Positions 12,216 to 23,800 of a stretch of DNA of 64,000 bases are shown here, in pieces. Position 1 is the stretch's first letter, and every line of letters starts with the position of its first letter. Source of the DNA: Tubulanus polymorphus (Eukaryota > Animalia > Nemertea); the NCBI RefSeq assembly GCF_964204645.1, contig NC_134025.1, positions 27,694,299 through 27,758,298 on the forward strand, given 5' to 3'. Under the pieces are notes generated by a model. It was not told the origin of the DNA. It did not search any database and saw only the letters and a program-made list of their open reading frames with translations. The position numbers were made by a program, and so were the translations under genes.

Positions 12216-12432
12216 GGCTAAACAAAATTGATACCTTGTTTCTCCGCTCTGCTGAGAAAAGTTGACCCGGCCGGTCGCCTATCTACCCTGTACATTACTA
12301 TTTTTAAAATCGAGATCAATTTTACCATAACAGACCCGGCCGCTATTAAATGAACTGTTTACAAATTTTATCATATTTTACAAAAAATGACCCGGACGCT
12401 GCGGAGAAACAAGGTATCATTTTTGTTTAGTC
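12216..12432. mobile_element. PIF/Harbinger-like (Tourist-type) MITE
   Basis: TIRs of about 32 bp: ggctaaacaaaattgataccttgtttctccgc and gcggagaaacaaggtatcatttttgtttagtc (2 mismatches). TAA flanks both sides. Confidence 0.85.
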
Positions 12433-12931
12433 TAAACGAATGACACATTTTAAAATCAATCATATTTATTCTCATACAACAATTATACAAAATGCCAGGA
12501 GTGCTCGAAGAATCAAGCTTAATTTTTGCTCCTCAAAAACATGGACTTTCAAAAACAACTAGTCCAACCACCATAGGCGTATAAACTATAAACGAGAGTT
12601 TAGACACCTATTATTAGGTTATTTGTTTTGTTCATTACAATAACTGAGTTGATAGAATGCTTTGTATAACAACAGAAAAGATCTCGGGTTTTCGCTATAC
12701 TTAGGGAAGGTTGTTTGATGAATGAAGAACCTTGTTGATAAATATTCGAAAAAATGCCTTTTCATGTAAATAGCGTATTAATTTGTTGTTTGTTTGTATC
12801 TATTTTTTACATTATCTATTTATTTGTGTGCTTGCATTTTGTATAATTTACTATTTATTATTATTTATTGGTTTTTTAAATTAATCTAATTTTTATTAAT
12901 TCATGTACTTGTAGTTTGTATTATGTATTAT

Positions 12932-12967
12932 CAAAAATTCATAAAGACTAGTCTTTATGAATTTTTG
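12932..12967. repeat. Perfect 36-bp palindrome
   Basis: caaaaattcataaagact|agtctttatgaatttttg, with no spacer. Confidence 0.95.
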
Positions 12968-13440
12968 CTCGGAGTTATCCTACATATTGGCGTAAAGCGT
13001 AGAATGATTAATTTTTGGGTTGAAACGATTTCGTGCAAACGAGCTAAACTCAGGTCAATTCTCTATAAAATCTTTTAATTTGTATTTCAATTATGAGCCC
13101 TGGTTGTTATTTATTAAGAAGATTTTAGATGACTGCGGTCCTACGTCTTGTCATCGTTCGGAAGGTTGACCAAATTTCATCTGGTTTTGTATGCAGACTT
13201 TGAATTTGTCTGCCCAGGCTTTCTTCGCGTTTTGAATACTTAATTGGTGGTCCTCAGCAAAGTCCTGGAGATCGGTTAGTTCGTGGGTGGAAGCTTTTAT
13301 AATCGGATGGATTTGTGATATGCGAGATTTTGAAACTTAAGCAGACTCCAATGAAAATGAGTTTCAGTTTCTCTTTCAGTTTTGACTATTTTATATCAGC
13401 TTTTCGATAGAAATTTTAGAGTCCACAATCTTCAAATCCG

Positions 13441-13470
13441 CATCAAATCACCTCTCGAGGTGATTTGATG
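13441..13470. repeat. Inverted repeat, 14-bp arms and 2-nt spacer
   Basis: catcaaatcacctc-tc-gaggtgatttgatg. Confidence 0.9.
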
Positions 13471-14813
13471 ATTTGATAAATCGCTTTGAATTTAATATTG
13501 TGTTCAAGATGGATTTGTTAATCTTAAGCTATTTAGAGTGATTTCATAGGTTTTATCACTTATGCATTTATGTTGAACTGTTTTTTAAACTAAATTCACG
13601 GACACAAGTTCGTCCAAGTTTTTGGAACTTGAGAGGCACCAATACGTATCTGATTTGAATGTGCATGACGATTGGTTTTTAAGTGAGCGACTTTTGAATT
13701 GATGTTGATGATGTGGGTTTGTTTCAATAATATTCATCAAGACTGGAAATAGTCTCAACTCATACAAGCAGATTCACCGTCTAGATTCACTGGCCGGAGT
13801 TCAACGACGTATTCGCAATGAAAATAAAATTTTTCATAGTTAAAATAAATTCAATTTCATACGTCTGAAAATCTGCAATACATGACAAATCTATTTAATC
13901 ACAGTTTTGCCAGGCCACATCTAGCCGATTCCCGCGACATGGTTCGCGCGCGTCTCACCGGCCGCCACACTCCCGGCGCTCGCGGGCCGACAGCAAGTAC
14001 AAAGAAAATCAGTTTCTGTTGATACTTAGGAATCTATAAGTGGCGTATTCTCAAGGTCGTTGCGCGTGCACACGAAATTTTTCAAAATTATGTACAAGTA
14101 AGGAAGAATTGTGCCAGGAAGTGAGCATTAGAGTCTAAGAAAGAGTGATAGGTGTTGTTCCATCCATTTTTAAGGATTCAGGTATTTTGATAGAATGTCT
14201 GACAGTAATTTTACGGTAATAAACACTTGTGAAACAATGAGACAACCTGAATTGAGAATGGCGAGGTTGATTCTATCTAATAAAGTATTATCTAGCCATA
14301 TAGACATTCCCAAACGATATTGCAGGGAACCGTAACAACGACTGGTATTCAGACTACCTCCTATCTCCTTGACAAGATCCACATCATGTGAGGGGTGGGT
14401 TTTACCATGGACCTTATTAGTCAGTGTCTGATATGTACCATTGACTACAGGGTGACAGACCATAGACACAAGGCATGAACAACATTTTTTTGATACTTCT
14501 GTGGCTTAAAACCACCAGAAAAAACAAACCATCAATACGTACCTCACATATTCAGTTTTCTTGTTATTATGATGTTGATTCAAGGGAGCGTTGATCATAG
14601 TCAGTGCATGATGTGAAACAAATGCAAAATTAGCAAAAATGACTCTCTTATGTCTAATCCAACTACAATGTACACATGTACATATCTACTGGTGTTTTCA
14701 GTACAGACTAGGCCCCATCCTTTTATACACACAGTACCAGTATATCTCTTTAAACAAACAAGTGGCTTCATTCTTCATTAATAAAGATAATGATATACAT
14801 TTCAGGTGTTAAA

Positions 14814-17800
14814 ATGCTAGAGTCCATTGTTAGTTGCAATAAGCTTCTTATGAAACAGAGTTCACTGTTTCGTTCGATGTCGAATCCTTGCTGGATGAGA
14901 AAAGTGAAAATTCATTCGTTTAATCAAACTGATAGCGATGATATCAAACGAATTCGAAATATCGGAATCATGGCGCATATTGATGGCGGTAAAACTACAA
15001 CTACAGAACGTATGCTTTATTACTCTGGATTGACACAACAATTAGGTAAAACCGCTACTAATAGTATAGTATAGTATGAATGGATCATCAAGACTTTAAG
15101 TCATGAACATTGTAAATTTCTTTTTGAGGTTGCTGGTAATGTACTTACACTAACTTTATATGAAAACTAATTCTGAAGTTATACTATTTGGATTCTATTG
15201 TTTACATCTTTCTCTTAATTGCAGCGATTCCTCTTTAGGGAGACAGTTTGCCAATACCATACGATGTATCAAAATTCTTTTCTTTTGTCATCTTATATTC
15301 CTTTACACAATTATTCTCAGCTTGTAGTAATGGTCCAACGATGACTTAGTATTCACTCCTTTGCCTTAAACTTATATACCGATTCTTCTAGCTTTCCTCA
15401 TATATAAATAAGACTTCATAGATAAAGACTAGATTTCGATCAATTAGTCGGCATCCTCGATTTCTGAATCATAAAGTTTTATGATTTTGTTTTTTCAGGT
15501 GATGTGGATGATGGAGACACTGTCACGGATTATATGGAACAGGAAAGAAATCGTGGAATTACGATTACCTCTGCCGCTGTTACTTTCCTCTGGAACAAGT
15601 ACAAAATTAATCTCATTGATACACCTGGTGAGTGAACTACTACTGTTTCATATGGCTGAAGATTGGGCCAAGAATTGCTTACCATTTGATAAACATAGAA
15701 TTGTTTAGTGTAAATCTATATTTTGCGATGAAAATATGAAATCTGATTTGTCCACCTGATCAAGAAAATCTGGTACTCTTTACTCTTAAGTTATCCTAGA
15801 ATTACGTTTCATGTTGATGTAAAAATTAGGCGAAAAGCATTTCTTAGTCTCCCAATATCCATCTTCAGCGCCTCACGTTTTCTGTCTATTATCCTCAAAC
15901 GCATCAAAGTGATGGATAAAAAACTCATTCTTATTCTAATCAAATACTTTATTAACAACTCTACAACAATATGATTAAATGCATTATCATGCAAACTTTA
16001 AAGCACCATTTGATAATTTTAACATCGAAAATTGGATTCTTATTTAAGTGTTTCTGCTAAGAACCTTCTTAATTTCCTCGGCCACGTAAACGTTATCCAG
16101 CTTTCGTCGTTTTCCATCGTTCATCAATTTCTGACAAAGTTTCACGAGACGTTCTTCCAATTTTCGTTTTTGAGTGAACGGACTTGTATTGCTCGATCGA
16201 CATCGCTTGTTTGAGAACCACACTTTGACTTGATGCACCGAAATTCCCGCCGTTTTCGCTAGATATTGTTTTTCGATTTCGGTCGGATACGGATTTTCGA
16301 TATGTTCGTGATACCACCGAGACATCGTTTCAACCGCTTCTTCCGATAGCGGAGACGATCGCTTTTTCTTCTTCGCAACTTTCGATTTCTTGAGTTCGCC
16401 GAGTACCGTACTGGGTGCGCAGCTAGTGAAATCCGCGGGGATTTCAACACAATCTTGAAGCGCGGAATATTGCGAGAATATTTCACCGGGAGGCACTTGA
16501 AGCGAGACGGATTTTGAATCGACGATTGCTTCGTTGTAATCGCTGGTATCCAGAAAATCGAGATCAAACTTCGGGACATCGCACAATGCATTCAGTCGAG
16601 TACTGGCGTAATCTGCGGTGAAGTCGAATTGTGGCTGTCGATCTATGAATTCATAACCGCATTGAGGTTGATCAAGATTTAAAGACGGTGTCCGATTATC
16701 TGATGTCAGCTGAGTAGATGCTTCCAATAATTCATCGTTGAATTTGATGAGATCTTCAATACTTGTAGCAACTTCTGGTAGTTGATTACAGTCGATTATT
16801 TCTTCCCTCTGTGGTGATTGAAGCTGTAGGCTGGTTTCATCGCTGTAGTATGCAGAATCTGAAGCAGTGTAGTCGATGCAGTTGACGAATTCTTCCATCT
16901 CTTTGAAAAACATATCATATTCTGAAGACTGTTGATCGTACATTTTGTGGAACTTGCTGTTTTATTCAGTGTACTGAGAAAATACTGATGTCTTCAACAT
17001 TTTTCCAGGTTTATTTATATGAAATATGAAATTTGGCAGAGATTCTCAAATGTCATTTGTCATAAAACACTTACCACAATTCAACTGCAGTGAGTTAAGT
17101 GAATAATGTTTAGCTACTTAGTGTGAATTAAGTTCACTAATTAATCAACTTGGGTTGATTAGATTTTGCTAATTATCCAGAGGAATTGTAATAAAAGCTA
17201 ATTAGTTCAATCAATTTGTTCAATCCGTTTGTCGGCTAATTAGCTGTTCTGGCAATTTTTTTCTAATTTTATCAAAGGATGTACCTCCCTGTCTCATCTT
17301 GTGTCTGGATGGAATGCCTATTTTTGTACACTGAATTAAACATGACAAGGGCTGAACAACAGTTCCGGTATCTTTTTGTCCGAGACAAGATTGACTGAGA
17401 TTGCTAGGCAAACACACGAAATGGTAAGAGCTTTTTGTCAACCAGCAGCGAGACATTCCTAGAATCATTAGAAACATCATTGGTTACACAGTGGAACCTC
17501 GGATGAATCGTTGTATCCGAGTTGGTTATAATGAGGTTCCACTGTATCATTGTTTTAGTTGTCAATTCTACGTGCTAGTTCTGATTTCACTTATTTAATC
17601 AAACCTACTAATTATCATGGATAATCAGAACCCTTAAATTACCTTTGGTTAATACCATTCACTAATTATCTTAATTTAATGATCACTCAATTACATACTT
17701 AATTAGCCAAAACTGAATGAAATGTGATAAGTTCTGGTGAGTGAGAATGATATTAAACTCGATGTCCCAGTTTTAAGACATCGTTATGTTCAGAGGTGAA

Positions 17801-20800
17801 CTTGCTTGACAAGTCATGTGTTTGAACGGAGGTGTATTTTTCAATGATGGAAAACTAAAGTAAAGTCTACGTGCTTCACCTTATGACTGTTTTGACACTG
17901 CATCAATCACTGGTAGGGTCATAATCTGGTTATAAACTGCTAGTTACTGAATGTCGTGTTCAACATATTGTAGCAGCTACTCATCTGAGACATGGCAGAG
18001 GAAATCGCTGAGATCACATCTCATGTTTTCCCTGATCATGATTTTATAGATCAAGAGCCATTACACAAATTCCCAACTTTCTTGCCTTCTCTTAAATAAC
18101 CAAGAATTATTCACCGTACTGAATATTCCGAATATTCAATTCTATTGAAATCCCCGCTGAGATTCTACAAGAATTCATCCACAGATAAACAATTTTTCTC
18201 TCAACTATCAGGAGAAGCTGTTGAAGCGATGTCTCTGCGGGTATCATGATCATGTTAATAAATTATACCCTTCAGATGATGAAAAACACTGTCTAGTCAG
18301 TAAAGCAGGAATTTTGTGCATCAAGTCAGCATCCTGCTTTAGTTAAAGATCTTTGCTGGGGATAAAGAATGATTAATTTCAGATTCTGTTTGGAAGTTCG
18401 ATTCACAAAATTCATATCAGGACAGGAGACAAAGTTAAGAATAGATTCTGATGGTGAATGAAAGGGAAATCATCTCCCTGTATTCAGAGATTCTGATGCT
18501 GAGTAAAGTCTTATTTCGTCTGCTGCTCCGTGATGATGCTTTTGTTGCCTCTAATTGGCAATATGTTAAATATGATATTTCCTACAACATGAGATGATTG
18601 AAAAATCATGTTTTATTTAATGTTTGAGATAGAACGACATTCACATCAAACATAATATGCATCTACTCAGTATTCCAGTAGTCGGGTTATGTCCCCATCA
18701 GGTTTACACATCAATGAGTTTTTAAACAGTTTATTTTTCTCCTGACAAAATGTTGTCTCTTCATGACTAATATGATTCTATTCATTTCTCAAACTCGGCT
18801 AAAATAAGAACAGACAACATTTATTTTAATTATGCGGTTCCTTCATTTTTAAGTTATCAGGGTTTTTTTCCAAATTCACCAGTTTTCCACACGTGGAAAA
18901 TTCTCTAATCTCATCGATGAATATTGAATTACATGTACGTATCACAGATACCACTATTATCAACACCTTCCACTGAACCGCTTTTAATTGAACCGTAATT
19001 ATTATCTACGAGATTCATGTTCGATTGATGGTGCTGTTTGTTGCTGCTATTTCTCTTCGTACTCATATCGGTCAAAGAAGGGTTTGTCGATTTACTGTCC
19101 TCGCGGCAAGTAAACAGTGAGATCAACTCTCCTCGAAATCTCGGGCCACTTATCGAGTAGATATAAAAGTTTGCCGCGTTGTTCGTATACATTAATAGAT
19201 TCAGAATGGCCCAAATCAACCAATCGATAGCGTTTTGATGATCTGTATTGGGTTTAAATATGTCTAGATTGTAAACCGTCAGCGGTAGGTTACAGATCAG
19301 AAATACGAAATTCACGCTGATCAACATCGCGGTCATCGAATTCAAGCGAGATTTCGTAGTCACACCCGACGATGATTTCGTAACTTTCTTCGCGCTCTCG
19401 TGCACTTTCCAGATGATGACGGCATTGCATAGCATCAGCACGACGAACGGAATCAACGCGTTTATACACAAGTCGATCTTCGGCCAGACGTGATCCCACC
19501 AGAAGGATTTTTGCGGCATGCACCGACGGTCGTGCCATTCGACTGTCCACAACATATGCAAATTCAACGTTAATGAGAAGATGAGAAGCGCGAGCATCGT
19601 GATGAACAATGATTTCATTGTAAGCATTGTTTTTGCCTTTAATGGAACGACTACAACTATCAAACGATGAATCGTCACCGTCACTAATATCCAAACAGAA
19701 ATCGTCACAAATACATACAATAAGTATGTGTGTACAAGACACGTAGTTAATGAGTAAGAGCGTATGTCGTATTTCCAAGTCGCCAAAATCCAATAACGTA
19801 ACAGTCCCGTGTATAGTACGAGCGTGTCGAATATCGCGAGCAATCTCATCAGTATCGAAGTCGGTTTCGAGCTGACCGGTCTCGCGCTGAACACGATGAT
19901 AGCGAGGATGTTTCCGATTGTTCCCAGTATTATGATAATCGCCGACCCGTAGATGAGAAGGGAATCGGCGATCTCGGTTTCCACGTACGACACCGACGAC
20001 GATGTTGTCTGATTTCCGCTGATGTTCGCCATGTTTTCTGTTACTGTTGTTGCATCGTGAATGCTGCAATTTTCTGTAAATAGAATTGATATAGAATTAA
20101 TTAATCAGAATAAACACTCTTATCCACAAGAACCCTAGATAACATTCTATTGTAAGTCTTTTTTGTATATTGGTATAGAATTCTTACTGGTGTCATCGAA
20201 TGAACTTACAAATGATCTCAGGATTAAGGGTTAGGTTCAGGATCAGCAGCCCTATTATGATTCTGTCGACCGCTGTTTATTGCAGCTTTACCTTTGCTCA
20301 TTGTTTGGTGTTTAGATATTGAATATTATCATCCAAAAGCAGATGTTTGAATATTCATCATGAAACATGTATCACTTGAAATGTTTGTAGTATCTATACT
20401 GATTGTGGTTGGAAAACTTTTGAATCATTCATCAACTTTAATGATGATGATGGTGAGAAGTTCAATCCCATCAGTTTCACGAGATCGGGGTTAATCATCA
20501 TTTTAAAAAGTCTGCTACAATGAATCCCGGCATAAATCATGATATCCACTTATTCAGTGATTGCATGATTCCGTAATGGAAAAGTATGTTCTTCGTTAAT
20601 GTTAAAAGATGACAGATATTTCGGTGCGTGACAAGATCATTATGTGAAATACACATGGAATGATTTCATCAGGATCAATAATTAATCAGAATCAAACCTC
20701 ACACTATCATTGACTATCGGTCAATCGTCTTACTTTTAAGATTTGAAAAATTCGTGCTCATTTTTAAACTGTTCAACTGAAAGAACTTCGATGAAAAATG

Positions 20801-23800
20801 TTGCCTTGTAACATAAAGTAATATTTACCTCGATAAACAGTTCAATTCTCTGCAGTAAATCAAGTGTAGTTATCCTGGAAGATGGGAAGTTTGTTTGCGA
20901 ATGAACTTTATACACAATAGCAGTTACTATTAAAAGGGGGCTGGGTTCGAGGGTATAGTAGAGAGTTATAAACAGACTCAGCTGTTGGAAGAATAGTTTC
21001 TCCATATCTAATCACTGAATGAAAAGCATTTATATTGTACTACATAGGATAGTAACAGATTTATTGGATGTTTATGAATATTCCCTAATAAATAGAGAAG
21101 AGATATCGAAAATAATAAATATGATGAATCATGAACGCCACTTAGGTGAACATTCATTGTCTATATATATATATATATATATATATCGTTGAGTATTATG
21201 TATAATTGCAATTGATAATCATGGTGCAGACATTGATGATGATGATGCCATCAAGTTCGTACATGTGTACCCATTAATTTTGCTGTCCACTTTCCTAATA
21301 AGTGTTCCTTTGTTAATCTGTTGGTCCATAGAATTGGCCTCATCATTACCTATACCAAACATGAATTTAGTTGTTATTGTAGCTGGTTGTTTTTGTCTTC
21401 TTTTTGCTATTCCATTATCTAAGCATTACCTGTTAATATTGACCAAACTGATTTCTATCAAAAACAAACAACTTCTTGTCAACTTCTCAGTCAGTGCAAA
21501 TTTGTTTTGTCATAATGTGAGAGCCCTAGATTATTGTTAACCCTTTCCTTTCGATCCAGACGTTTTAGTCTATATTAGTTACCATTTTACTCGAAATGTA
21601 TGAAAAATACTTCCGCGTTCTTTACCTGTTATGACACGAGAGTTGTGTTGTGATGTCTTGTTTGCTAACCTATGAGCTATTATGTCTTAAATAGTTCATG
21701 GTAATTAATTACTATTCACTGAACCATTTAAAAGTACTCAATTATCTGATGTTATGCTACATTTGATAGGATTTAGTTAGTGTTTTGCATGTAAGTGTAG
21801 TGTTAATCTTACATAAAATCTATGATATATTCAAATATGTAGGATATTTGTTTAGCAAATCCGTATTCATAACATCATGAACAGTTAAACAGACATCTAT
21901 TTGTTGAGCGTTTTTATTTGCCTTATTTTGAATCAACTTGAGTTTTTTCCGCAGTATACATGACGTATTTGGCTTCTATTTGCTTTGTCATGTCATTTAT
22001 GCAGATTTCAATTAAGTTCTAAATGAACTGAACATTAAGCGACACCTCGCAGACAATATCAGAATGTTTTTGAACTATTAGACTTTCAACAAAAGCCCGG
22101 AACATAAATAATGATTATCATTATCCATAACTTCGTAGATGATTTCCTTTTATCATTTTCTGTGGCCATTTCTAAACCGTAAAAACATTATTACCCGCTT
22201 GGCTAGGCGATGATTTAGTTTTCCCGATGTGCAAAATCAATTATGTTAAATGATGCAGAAATAGTGCGTTCGCTAATGGTTTGTATTCATTTAGAATTTT
22301 TCTCACATGAGACCAAGACTGATACTGAACTGAGCATGCTATTTAAAACAAATACATATCCTGGGGTCAGTTGCACAGTTGTGACTTAAGTCCAAAAGTG
22401 GTCTTAAATCATAAGACTGGTCTTAGGTTGTTCCACTGGCTATAGAACTAAGTTGGTCTTAGACTGGTCTTAAGTCTAAGCCATGACTATGCATCCGACT
22501 CGTGCATTTTTTTGTCATTAATATCTAAAATGAAATTGAAATTGTAGAATTGGAGTAGCATTTCAATATTTTTGGGTAGATGTAATATCTTTCTGAAAAC
22601 AGTTTTTTATCTCATGTATAAACAGAAATTCTGTTTAAAATGTAGTGAAGGACTCGAACAACCAAATTATTAGATTAAACATCAATCAAATGCCTGCATT
22701 GTTATGCGTTTGACAGTAATATCTCGGTGAATGAACCCTGTGGATCCCTGGAGAGAATGCTGCTATGATACTGTCACTAGTGTCAGTAGTGCATTTACAC
22801 CAGAATGGTCAAGTTGTGATCAGAATGAATGTGGCATTTTCATCCACATAAAATGTGCATCATCCGCATTAAATGGCAATATTTCCTCGTTCATTTGACA
22901 TTTTCCTGTATGGTAACTTTTTGTTGTTCCATATGCGAGTATCGTAGCAAATCAACGAAGTATCCGAATGATGCTTCCAAGGTTCTTGGCTGAGGAATGA
23001 AGTACCCTTTCATTTAATGAAACCTACGTATGATCGTAATTGTTTCATGGTTTTGTGTTTCCTTACATTTGCATCAACTAGCAGGATTTGCTCTGAAATT
23101 ACCACTCGTCTGAAATATGCTCGGTTAATCCTATTTTGCAGGTCATGTCGATTTTACAGTAGAAGTTGAGCGAGCGTTGCGAGTTCTTGATGGCGCTGTA
23201 ACTATCTTAGACGCATCTGCTGGTAAGACAAGAGAAATTCGTATGAAATGAATAAGTAATCTTATTTGTTTGCCGGTATTTATTTCTGCATCAATTTCGA
23301 TCGTCAGTACGGATCGCGTTCTAATGCCTAAGTAATGAATGTGTGTCTACGATCGGCAAACTGATCGAAGAAGAAAGGAAGATTTTCGTATGCTAACAGC
23401 AAAATATCCCGATATCAATGATCATCATCCAATTGTAGCATATTCTCCTCGACATCATACATCACTACTAATCATTCTTTAGCCCGCAATGTCGCGATAT
23501 CGCATGCGGCTCTGAAGGTAAACAGGCATATATAATGCGGATAAATAGTCCCGCCGCACAATCCGTTTACAGGGTGACTAAAACTGTTATGTCATCGGAC
23601 GGTGAATATCAGACTGCATTCGCACTAACCCAGCATCTTATTTCAATGAAACGGTTCCCTGTTATTATTTTAGAAATATAGATAGATAGATAGTTTATTC
23701 TTAATCAAAGTGTGTACTACACTTGTATGACAGATAATCAAAATTACAAATCTTAACAAAATAATTTAGTCAAAATTACATCTTGAAAAAACAGAAATAT

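Noticed and set aside
19290-20069. 259-aa alternative-frame ORF overlapping the GPCR
   Set aside because: Starts at TTG, has no recognisable motifs, and is explained by the GPCR's codon bias.
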